From assembly GCA_043228905.1 (NCBI GenBank), contig JBHGNT010000001.1:20956001-21020000 (forward strand): 64,000 nt of DNA. Direction: 5' to 3'. The notes under the pieces are model-generated. The model did no database searches, was not told the DNA's origin, and was given only the letters and a program-made list of their open reading frames with translations. The position numbers and the translations under genes are program-made. How positions within the stretch are numbered: position 1 is the stretch's first letter; every line of letters starts with the position of its first letter. The stretch comes from Azolla caroliniana (lineage: Eukaryota; Plantae; Polypodiophyta). Positions 44,408 to 55,869 of this stretch are shown here, piece after piece.

Positions 44408-47400
44408 ATGGAGTTCCTTGGAATGGATTTCAGTTGCCTCATCCTTTCTCTGCAGATGCTTCAGATCCCTCCTCTTCACACATGCCTTCTCCCTCTACTC
44501 TCCAAAGCTCTTGGCTACGCCATTGTTGCTGCGTCAACCATTGTGAAATCCCCCCAGGTCTCAAAGTTTCTCTCTCTCTCTCTCTCTCTAACACCCAAAA
44601 AACGCCCACAAAAATTGATACAGAACTTATAAGAAAAAGACACATACCATATGCGCATCCTTTTAGTATTAAGCAAATGGATATACGCTTGAGTACTAAT
44701 AATTTCACATGGAAAATCTTACATTAATGCAAACGAGATAAAAAAACACAGATACACAGCCACATGCATACTATATTTCAAGATCTTAAGAGTTTCTAGT
44801 TTCTGTTATGTGTCGCATTCAAGAATGACATAATTATATACTCTCTTTTGGTCAGACTTGTAAACATTCTTGCTATGCAGTTTTTGTATTTTGGTCTAAA
44901 TCGTAAATTTTCTAGTTTTTATTATATGTACCTCTGAACAATTAAGCTAATGTAGGGGAGCTCTTGATGAAGAAGAAGGTCGCAGTGACAATATACTAGA
45001 GCTCAAGTTGAATTGAACTTCACCTAGCTTTCTTGGTTGTATTGGAGAGGATTGAAGTGCTTTCTAGCTTGGATCTAAACTAGAATTCTGTGTTGGCATC
45101 TAACTGGCAGGTCGTTTGCATACATACTGTGATTTAGGCTATAGAAAATAAAGATCACCTGAAACACTGAAGCCTTTGCATATTGCTATACACCTATCAA
45201 TTACCACAAATATATATGCAATCTAGTGCTAAATAGCTTAAAGACATCCAAGTCACTATAAACTCAAAAATGCTCGTTCAAGCTTTTGGTATCTTTTCAT
45301 AAAGTTTATCATCCTTTTTGTTTGGTTGAAAATAATGCTGATCCAAAAATTCTTCACCAAATTGTCCACCAGTAGTTTAAGGCAAATGGAAGCAATGGAA
45401 CCCAACTAATATATGGAAACTCATTCTCTACTAACGAATAAAAGAGAAACACGATAAGGCTCATTTTTTATGACTACCTAGACCACATTTTAGGTCAGTC
45501 ACATGGAATGGGGCTAAGTCTGAACTGGCAGTTTCCATGCTGTGATGTGAGAGAGCCCAAAAAAGGGGATAAGGCATGACAAGAGAAAACAAGATGCCCA
45601 TTCTTATATGCAATGGGCATACACCTTCATAGGATGGTCTTCGCATTCAAATCTAAAAGAAGTTACTTGTGTGCTAGAATTATTAAAGGGAACATTGCAT
45701 TTTCTGAAGTAAGTTCCCATGTAGCAGCAACAACCGGCTTTCCTATGCTTTGCGGTAATATTATCCTTAGCAAAGATCTTGGGTATGCATCGTAAGAGAT
45801 CCTAGCAACTGATGAGTCCTCATTGTCTGTGATTCTTAAAGAAGATCTCATTCTCTTGACCCACTTAGACCAGAGTTTGAAACTCTTCCCATTTCCTTCG
45901 AAACTTGCAATGCTTGTACTTCTTACTTTTTTCATACAAACAACCTATGTACCTCAAAAGTATCTATGCCCCAAAATAATTATAAATTGAAAGGAGGTTT
46001 GAAAGGAATTTTAAACAGAAACTTTTAACATTTTTATATATTTATATCTGGAATTACTGTGGATTGTGATTTCTTGGCATAAGTCTTGTTTCAAATATGA
46101 TCATGTGCATGTACATAATTGAGCTTATCAGTTTACATATTTATAATCACAGATTTATCTCATCATCAAAAACCAAAGTGTTGAAGGACTTAGTCCCACA
46201 TCATTTGAACTTGAAGTGGTTGGCTACACAATTGCTTTGGCATATTGTGTCTCGAAACATCTCCCATTTTCAACCTATGGAGAGGTTTCGTTTCTTCTTA
46301 TACAAGGTAAAATTCTCATTTATAAGTGACTATGTGCTGCACAGAGTGAAGTTGTAAATAATGTCAATAAAAATTTCAGCTCTAATAATTGTGGGCCTTA
46401 TCTACAACCTCACACCAAAGTTGAAAGCGAGCAGCTGGGTGGCGGGAGCATTGTATCCTTTTCTTTTCTTTTCTATTCAAATAATCTGATGCTTATGTGA
46501 ATATATTGACCTTGTAGATTTACCTCTGACTTGGATGCCATTCTAGCTGGTACTATTCCCTAATCCCATCAAATAATTTTTGACTGTAGCTTTATTCTAT
46601 GTCGGGGATGCAAGAAAAGGAAATGCCACATCTATTTTCTGTTTCTTCAGTTGTGTTGTAGTGAAATCTTTCCAGCATGGCCAGAGGCTTGTTATGAAAT
46701 GCTTCTTGCAAATAATTCATTTCATAAAACTGTGAAACAAAGGCTTTACTTAATAGGAACACAGATATTGTGCATTGGCGCCGACTGTTCTTAGTGGTGG
46801 CATTAGCCCAGGGCTGCTGGAAGCACTTTATGTGGGTAGTATACTGGTTTCATGTTGCCTTCTCAATTAACTCCATCATAATAAGTTAATATTTGATGGT
46901 CATCTGAACATTTGCAGGCTTCTCAGCATGCTATATTCTTCTTTGCCCGGCTACCCCAAATTATCAAAAACTACCATGTATGAAATTATTCTCTTTACTC
47001 GTATGATAGTATTTAAAATTTAAAAACAAATAAATTTGTATGGATGTACATAAGCAAATGGGCTATGGCTTTCAGAGTAAAGAAACAGGGCAATTGAGCT
47101 TTCTTACGAATTTCATGAATGTTGCCGGCTCTCTTGGTAAAGTTTAACAACTTTTATACTTTAGATTGTATTTATGCAGTTGTTGGGGTCCTAAGACATT
47201 CTTTGGTTGGGCTGTTGGTTTTGGTCTTCTTTACTCCTTTTTAAATGAGAATGTTTATTTGTATCTATATATGTTGCGTCAAATTGAATTGGCCTCTCTC
47301 AACTTTATTAACAGTATGTTATTTTGCAGCAAGATTGTTTACCAGTATTCAAGAAAAAGCTCCGATCTCTAGTATCCTTTTAATCCTAAACTCTAATTGG

Positions 47401-47529
47401 GAAAGTACATGAATGCTATATTGTAACCTTAACCAATTTGTAGTGGCGGTTGGAAGTGGCTTAGGTGTAATTACCAATGGGATTTTGGTCTTCCAAATTT
47501 GGTCATACAAAAAGACGAAGAACAAATAA
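44408..47529 (+). CDS. MPDU1: Mannose-P-dolichol utilization defect 1 homolog (PQ-loop membrane protein, 230 aa, 8 exons)
   Basis: Exons 44408-44557, 46153-46306, 46380-46452, 46765-46831, 46918-46977, 47076-47136, 47330-47371, 47444-47529 join in frame (693 nt), all introns GT-AG; motifs [33 protein letters not shown]; C-terminal KxKxx. Confidence 0.93.
46453..46764 (+). other. U12-type (minor spliceosome) intron 3
   Basis: Donor GTATCCTT; branch-like ttacttaat ~10 nt before the AG. Confidence 0.8.
47372..47443 (+). other. U12-type intron 7
   Basis: Donor GTATCCTTT; branch ccttaac 47427-47433; AG at 47442-47443. Confidence 0.9.
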
Positions 47530-48779
47530 TATGCTAACTTCGGTTTTATCATCAAAACATCACACAGAGAAGAGGATCAACTTAACTCATGCAACTTTGG
47601 AACAAAGTTATGTATACTATGAGAGAATTTCTTCTTATAGTTTGGAAGTGTTTTCCCTTCAGTGGAATGCCCAGCTGGGTTTAGATACGTGTTACCTGGC
47701 TAGAATTTTTAATGATGGAAACAATTTCAGTTGAAAACTATCAACATTTGCATATGATTCTTTCTTATCTCCGTTTAAATTTATTTGATTGATACCAAAT
47801 TTGAGAATGTCTTCCTTTATTCTTTGCATCTGATGTGTGAGGTAAACATTGATGAAAGAGAATTGAATTATACATTGATTTGAGGTGGAGACTGCTCACA
47901 CTTCAGTGCCACTGGAAATTGAGTATTAGAAACGTTAGATTGTTTTATTGTGTATGAAGTGGAAACATCTCTTTGGAGGAATTACGAACACAGACACGCT
48001 CACTTGGTTCAAGGTTTTGTAGATGGGTTTCCAAAGAGGCGCGGGAAGGATGGCAAAGAACAAAACAGTCATCAACCCTCTTGACATCCCCAAACACACC
48101 AGTTGTCATTCATGAACAAAGATCAGTGTCAGTGAGGTTGCAAAAATAAGGAATTATATAGCTTGTGATTGATGAAGGTTTTGGAATGAATGGCATTAAT
48201 AGCAATGATGTATCATGTTCCATAAATGTTTTGGGTCTGCATGGTGTATCAATGCACAGTTCAACCTTTAGGAATCATTAGACAAGTTGCCATTCACATA
48301 AACAGTACTGTGCTCAAATATTTGGACTGGTGTTATATTTAGTAATGGAAGACGTGTTATATTTAGTGCCCAATGTTTCTGAAAGGACAACTCAAATCAA
48401 ACATAATTGTTAACAGAACATGATTAAATCTTCCAGGGATGAACTAGAGTAAATGTCTTAGCATTATAACCAGAATTGATAGCATTAATTAAACAATATA
48501 ATGATGGATTTGTTTGTACACATGAAGACATGTAGGAGTTTGACCCTTGATTTTGCCAATATAAAATCCATATGGAGAAACACATTTTGCTAGCTTGGCA
48601 AAGAAGGCACATAGGAAAAGTACTTTGGATTAGATTCATAACTTGGATTAAAAAATGGCAATGTGGTTGAATTTCATAATTGTCACGCCCGTGAAGACTT
48701 GGCAAACTTTGCAATCTGTTTTTTGACACATCCATTGGTGAAGAATTATGTGAAGAACCACCACAAGAAAAGGAACATC

Positions 48780-49560
48780 ACCAAATGAAATGAAAATTGC
48801 GTTGTCTTGCTTGGGGCGAAGTCAAAGAGTTAGAAGACCATCTTCTATCCTTATGGATCCTTCATTTGTGTGCAATGTAAGCATAGAATCTGAAATACTA
48901 GAATCATCTAATTTAAAAGAAGCTTTACTTTCATCGTATAGAGCAAAGTGGGAGGAGGCAATACATTTGGAGCTTGAAGCACATCACAAGAATGGTACAT
49001 GGGAACTCATAAAAGAAAGTGAAGGACGACAAACCATATGTTCCAAATGGATGTTCAAAATTAAGAGAGGATAAAATGAAACGCCCATCAAATTCAAAGC
49101 TCGATTAGTAGTCCAAGGCTTGAAACAAATTGCTGGTATTGATTTCACAAAAACTTATGCACCAAATTGCCGGTATTGATTTCACTTAAACTTATGCACC
49201 AATTGATGTTATCACTTCCATTTGGGTCGAATAAGTAAAGGACCATGCACAAGGTTGGGAAATCCATCAAATGGATGTAAAACCAACTTTTCTTAATGGG
49301 GAATTAAATGAAGAAATATATATATGACATTACCAAAAACAAACAAGGAAGATCCAACACAAACATATCGACTTAAGAAGTCACTCTATGGTTTGAGACA
49401 AGTAGGAAGATGTTGGTGTATCAACCTCCATAGTTTCTTTTTAAGAAATAATTTCACATGTTGCAAATCGGGTCAAAGGATCTATGTTCTTTGCAACAAT
49501 AAAAGGCATGTTATTGTTGTGGTATATGTTGATGATATAATAATCATGGGCAACACTAGT
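48780..49560 (+). pseudogene. Old AT-rich Copia RT fragment
   Basis: NGTWEL...SKWMFKIK, QMDVK-like, LKKSLYGLRQ, YVDDI with stops and frameshifts. Confidence 0.85.
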
Positions 49561-49584
49561 ATCAAAGGACGGACATCTCGAAGG

Positions 49585-50955
49585 AATGTTCAAGCTAACC
49601 GGCTCCAACTATTTTGTCTGGAAGTTGAAGATGAGAGATATGTTGGTATGCAGAGACCTCTAGTTGCCAATGCAATTCGGAGATGAAAAACCAGACAAGA
49701 TCGATGCATTGACGTGGGAAGTCATGCATATGAAGACAACAACCTACATTAGGTGTTTTATAGCCATGAATCTATATAATAACTTCAAGGAAGAGACAAA
49801 GGCATATGTCCTTTGGAAGAAGATCGACATTATGTTCGAGAACAAAAATGTCGTTAATAGAGTTTTAGTCTTCCGGAAGATCGTGAGACTAAGGTACCAG
49901 GATGACTCTAGCATGGCAGAGCACCTGAATGCCTTCCAAGGACTGATCAACCAAACCACCTCTCTGGAAGTACCTCTTGCCGATGAGGTATTAGCATCGT
50001 TGCTGGTGAGATCCCTTTTGGACAGTTGGGAGACACTCGTTGTCACATTGGGCAATGTCGGACCGGAAGGGAACCATCTATCCCTAGAGACGGTGAAGTC
50101 AAGCTTATTAAATGAGGAAGCTCGCCAGAAGGACAAAGAGTTGTTACTGACCCGAAGGCCTTAGTCACAGAAGGTGTCTCAAATAGGGGAAGAGGCCAGC
50201 AGAGAAGTCCCCAGAATTGGGACAAGCCCGGAACGAGGTTGAAGTCAAGGGGAAGGCTCACGGGCTTCTATTGTGGGAAGCCAAGGCACTTCCAAAAGAA
50301 TTGTTGGCATTTCTAGAAAGATGAAGGGGGAACCAATGGTTCCAAGCTGAAGAAGAATCCGGAGAGAGAGGGCACCTCAACGATCGCCACAAGTGCTACT
50401 CATTAGTGAGAAAAATGAGCTAAATCTTGTTGGCGAAGTTCGACTTGGGTGGTCGACTCCGGTGCGTCGTTCCACTTAACCCCCAATAGAAAGTGCTTCT
50501 CCTCGTATACAACCAGTGACCACAAATATGCGAAGATGGGGAATGAAGGAGTATGTTGGATTGTTGGGATTGGAAATATTTGTTTGCTCACATCAACCGG
50601 GTGTAGAATGATCTTGAGAAATCTGCACCATGTTTCGTAAGTCAGATTAAATCTAATATAAACCGGTCGGCTAGATGATGACGGCTAGTAGCTTCTGACA
50701 TGACACATTCAAATTCGGCAAGGGAAACCTGATAGTGACTAGTGCCCGGAAGACGAACACAATGTACTTGATGCATGCTTGACTATAACGGGACGAAGTG
50801 AATGTGGCAGTAGAAATGACCGGTGGGCTGTGGCACAAGAGGTTTTGCCACATGAGCGAGAAGGCGACACAGAGACTTGCCAAAGAAAAACTCATACCGG
50901 AGATAAAGAACATGTATCTTGACAAATGCCCTGATTGCTTGGTCGGCAAGTAGAA
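49585..50955 (+). pseudogene. Degenerate Copia-B-like gag/protease/pre-integrase fragment
   Basis: QFGDEKPDKID, LNEEAR, VDSGASFH, LWHKR. Confidence 0.85.
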
Positions 50956-52732
50956 TGTTGGGAATTCGATCCCTCCAGATGAAAATCGGACAAGCCGGAT
51001 CGGACGAGCCGAAGGAAAGAACCGGACCGGATGGATCCAGTTGGTATCCGGCCAACTGTTAGTTTGTGTATGTTCCAATGTGACTGTTTCAGGTCATATT
51101 TGTAAATAGTCCTAAAGTTGTATGAGTATAAATATAACTAGGGAAACAATGTTCATAAGGTTGTTGTTATCATTCTTGTTGTATAGAGAGAGACAGAGAG
51201 AGCAGGAGAGACACATAAAGTTCTCTGTTGTAACTGTCGATTGACGAAGATAGAGCTTGAGGTCGTTTGCCTCCGAGTTTCTTGTTGTACCCTTCCTCTC
51301 ATAGTGATAGTTGGAGTTTGTGGGCTTCTGTGGTTTTTCCCGATCAGAGTTTTCCATGTTAACATCTTGTGTCGTGTTATCCGTGTGCCCTATTCCGCAC
51401 AGTTTGGTATCAGAGCAAAGTCCAAAACTTTAAACAAAGAAAGAAAATGGAAGAGTCATTCGGTAGCGTGTTTAAGCTCACCAGCTCCAAGTACCCAATG
51501 TGGAGGTCGAAGATGAGGGACATGCTAGTGGTAAAAGATCTTTGGCTGCTAGTACAATTTGGAGACAAAAGACCAGGCAAGATCGATGTCGCGACCTGGG
51601 AGGTGATGCATATGAAGAAGACGGCATACATATGATGCTTCATCGACATGAGCCTGTACAACAACTTCAACGAAGAAAGTAAGGCTCATGTGCTTTGTGA
51701 GAAAATCGGTACCATGCTGGAGAGTAAAAATGTTGTGAATCGGGTCTCAGTATTCCAGAAGTTAGTGAGACTCTGGTACCAAGACGCATCCAGTATGGCA
51801 GAGCACATGGATGCCTTCCTGTGGCTGATAAACCAAACAACCTCGTTGGAAGTACCTCTGGCCAATGAGGTACTTGCGTTGTTACTGCTCGGTTCCCACC
51901 CGGATAGTGGGAGATGCTAGTTGTCACTTTGGGCAACGCCGGGCCGGAAGGAAAACACCTGTCCCTAGCAAGGGTAAAATCAAGCTTGCGGGGCATTTCT
52001 TGAAGAATTGCTGACACTTCCAGAAGGAGAACGGAACCGACAATGTTGACTCAAAGAAGGGTCCGGACCGGAGAAGTTTGGATAGGAAAGGAACGTCGGC
52101 AATCGTGACAAGTGAGGAAGAACTACTGCTCATCACCGAGGAGAGCAAGATACATCTTGTCAACGACAAGATGACATGGGTGGTCGACTCCGGAGCGTCG
52201 TTCCATCTGAATCCTGACCAGAAGTGCTTCACAGCCTATAGAGCCGGAGATCACGGTTGTGTAAGGATGGGGAATGATGGTGCATGTGGGATTGTCGGCA
52301 TAGGAGACGTATGGTTGACAACATCAACCGGGTGCAAGATGCTTTTGAAAGATGTCAAACGTGTTCTGGAGGTTCAATTGAACCTGATATCAACCGGTAG
52401 GCTAGATGATGAAGTCTACACAGGTAGCATCTGGAACGGAATCATGAAGTTCAACAAGGGGAGCTTGATCGTGGCCCAAACCCGAAAGATCAACATGTTA
52501 TACCTGATGTATGCCCGGATATGCCGAGAAGAAGTGAACATGGTATCCGACTCATTGTGGAGGTGAAAGACCTACGGCTTGAAAGGTGCACCGACCGTTT
52601 GGCCGACAAGCAAAACCGAACTTCTTTCTGAACCCGACCACCGTCTAGACGGAGTGCACCGCTGGAACTTGTGCATACCGATGTATCCGAAGTGGACACG
52701 AAGTCACATGCCGGATCACAGTACTTCGTGAC
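50956..52732 (+). mobile_element. Truncated Copia-B-like element (5' LTR, PBS, gag to start of INT)
   Basis: LTR 50956-51401, PBS-Met 51405-51416, gag ATG 51447, protease VVDSGASFH. Confidence 0.85.
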
Positions 52733-53066
52733 TGTTGCACGAACAAGCTCAACCGGATCCGAATCGGTTGAATAAGCCAGAGCCAGATCGGTGTCCGGAT
52801 AGCATTCAGAACCTAGAGCTGGATCGCGTGTGAACCAGTAGGACGTTAGAGGCCTACACTTCTAGACTACTAGGTAGTTATTGTTCTTGTAGTTAGTGTC
52901 AGGGGCTCAGTACGAGCATTGAACTACTTGTCAGTACTTTGGTCAGTCCTTCAAGGACTTTTATAAATAGTGCGGTTGAGCACATTGTATGTACAAAGAC
53001 TTTTTAGTGTTTTTGAATATACGCGTTTTTTGTGTTCTGCTCTAACTCTGTCTCTCCTGTGTAAGG
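52733..53066 (+). mobile_element. Partial Copia-A-like LTR
   Basis: Starts tgttgcacgaacaagctcaac (compare tgttgagagacaagctcaac); cut at 53067 by the Copia F LTR. Confidence 0.7.
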
Positions 53067-53741
53067 TGTAAAAGAATATGTGAGGAAGCTTAACAGACAC
53101 GACCGGGTAACAACAGAAAAAAGACCAAGAAGATGAGGAAGGTTTAATGGAAAGCTTAATCAACACAGCGTACGCAGGAGAGACAAAGAGAGCAGAACAC
53201 ACAAAATTCTATTCCAAAATAATACTCTAAAACTCTATACATAGGATGTGCTTAGAGAGCACTCTTATACAAGTCCATATGGACTGATAGAAGTACTGAC
53301 TTGTACTTCAATGCTCATCAATGAGCCCCTACACTAACTCCCAAAATATATTCCTCCGCGGAATATCTATCCAACAGCCTTTCATTGCGCACCTGGTTGA
53401 CGCACTCAATGTTGAGGTTGTATCTCAACACTCCCCCTCAAGCTCAACTTGAAGTTCCACCTGCTCTTCCGGATCTTCGCTCCAGCTTCTCCAGGCTTCA
53501 CACCTCGCTCACGCTGCTCGACCTGTTCGATTCCACGCGCCTCGACCCTTTCAGTCAACTTGTCTGCTTGTGCGGCCTTTCTTAGCTCCCTTGCTATCGT
53601 GGTGTTGGAGCCTCTTACGTTGCCCTTTCCTCCGCTTGGCCTTCAGTAGATTGGGCGTCTCCGAATCGAACATTCTAACCGAATCGGCTGTCTCCGATTC
53701 GTTTCCACTCTTGCCTGAATTGGCTGTCTCCAATTTGTCTT

Positions 53742-54650
53742 ATGTCTTCAGGCCCTTAACCACATTAGACCATGTCTTGGTCTTGACCTTCTCGCCCTTC
53801 TTGGCTTCATGTCTCCCTTGTTTGGCTGACTCCGACTCTTCCCTTCGATTGCTGCCCTTGTTTCCGCCTTTGGCTTCTTCAGCCGACCCGAAATCGAATT
53901 CTTCATCTGACTCAAATTCGGGGTCATTGCCGCTCCTTTCCTGCTCCCTTTCTTGGTCCTTTCTCCCCTTCAAGTTCGGCACATCAAGGTGCTGCAAAGC
54001 AAGCGCACCCGAGAATTGCCGCAACTTGTCGAGACCAAGGGGCTTGGTGAAGATGTCTTCAGGCCCTTAACCACATTAGACCATGTCTTGGTCTTGACCT
54101 TCTCGCCCTTCTTGGCTTCATGTCTCCCTTGTTTGGCTGAATCCGGCTCTTCCCTTCGATTGCTGCCCTTGTTTCCGCCTTTGGCTTCTTCAGCCGACTC
54201 AAAATCGAATTCTTCATCTGACTCAGCTTCACGGTCATTGCCGCTCCTTTCCTACTCCCTTTCTTGGTCCTTTCTCCCCCTCAAGTTCGGCACATCGAGG
54301 TGCTGCAAAGCAAGTGCACCCGAGAATTGCCGCAACTTGTCGAGACCAAGGGGCTTGGTGAAGATGTCTTTAGGCCCTTAACCACATTAGACCATGTCTT
54401 GGTCTTGACCTTCTCGCCCTTCTTGGCTTCATGTCTCCCTTGTTTGGCTGACTTCGGCTCTTCCCTTCGATTGCTGCGCTTGTTTCCGCCTTTGGCTTCT
54501 TCAGCTGACCCAAAATCGAATTCTTCATCTGACTCAGCTTCGTGGTCATTGCCGCTCCTTTCCTGCTCCCTTTCTTGGTCCTTTCTCCACCTCAAGTTCG
54601 GCATATCAAGGTGCTCCAAAGGAAGCGCACTTGAGAATTGCCGCAACTTG
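53742..54650. repeat. 311-bp tandem triplication
   Basis: Units start 53742, 54053, 54364 (atgtctt.aggcccttaacc). Confidence 0.95.
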
Positions 54651-55163
54651 CTGATCCATCGAAACATACGTGAGTTCGACTTCATTGGAGAGGACACGGT
54701 GTCGTGAAGATCCGTCACTACGCGCAGATCGTGAGGCGGAACCGCCGGGGTTCTGGACCGGAAGGATTCAAAGTCGGTACAAGCTTTGGTGCAAGCTTTA
54801 GCGAGAAAGTACTTAAGATAGATTGGGAAAGAGAGAAGTTGAGATTAAATGATTGAGAGAGATTGATTGAACTTTTATCTTTAGATTTAAGAAACAAGTT
54901 ACACGATCAATTTGATAACGAATTTCTTCTTCTTAATTTCATAACTAAAAAAAAAACGCATTTTTTCTCCTCCCCCTTCCTTCTTTTATAGATGCTCTCA
55001 TGCATATGATGCATGTGAGGGTACAAGACATGCATAAAATGCATGTTTGCCATTTGGTGCTTATGTATTACATGTGGTGCATGATAACCATGTCACTCAC
55101 TTTAGCTCTCATGTATGAGAATTTACATGTAAAAGTACAATGATAGAAATATAAATTCAACTA

Positions 55164-55236
55164 AATGGCATGGCTTAATGGTAAGCCAATTGACCCCTAA
55201 CTCAGAGGTGCAAGGTTTGAATCCTTACTTGCCCTC
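55164..55236 (+). promoter_or_regulatory. tRNA-like Pol III internal promoter in G6 LTR (second copy ~62051-62126)
   Basis: A box tggcttaatgg 55171-55181; B box ggtttgaatcc 55214-55224 (ggttcgaatcc at 62104-62114); D-stem ggctt/aagcc, T-stem aagg/cctt. Confidence 0.75.
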
Positions 55237-55869
55237 CTTGTATATGTATATATGTATATATATTTATTTATCTAGTCATCGGACGCCGGTTCGCCGGATG
55301 CCGTCGGTTATCGGTGCCTCGTCGGATGCCGTCCGCCGCCTCGCCGTTGTCGGATGCCGGTCTCTCACCGGCGCCGGATGCCTTCGGATCACCGGCTCCA
55401 TCGTCGGTCTGGTTTTGGTTGGCCAAAACCCTTTAACAAGTAGCTAGCCCACCTCCACTCTTAGTTCAAGTTACCTTGAACTCTCTATGCTACACACATA
55501 GACACAAAGATAATATCTTTTGCTCTACCTTATATATGATGAGAGCCATATTTGTCGTGCCTATGTGGGATATCTCACAATTTTCTCTTTTCCTTTCACA
55601 AACTTTATACCCTCATATCTTGACATTTAGTTGTCCATTTCTCGTGTAATAAAGTGCATTCGAAAGCTCCATCATTTTGTACTTAGATATTAAATTTATT
55701 TAAAATGTTATCTTCACAATTATTGTATTATGTGATTCATACTCGATTTTGTACGTTTTATGGGATTTTCACACTATTGCCGAAAATCTTCACGACATCC
55801 ACCCCCACCAAACCGCACGTCCTCCGGTACGTGCCAAGAAGAGAGAAAGTGAGATTTCGGCTACGGTGA

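Noticed and set aside
44096-44479. ORFs upstream of and antisense to MPDU1
   Set aside because: Built from GA/AT microsatellites in the promoter and 5' UTR.
55164-55236. Functional tRNA genes in G4/G6 LTRs
   Set aside because: Acceptor and anticodon arms are irregular and no anticodon can be assigned; reported as tRNA-derived modules instead.
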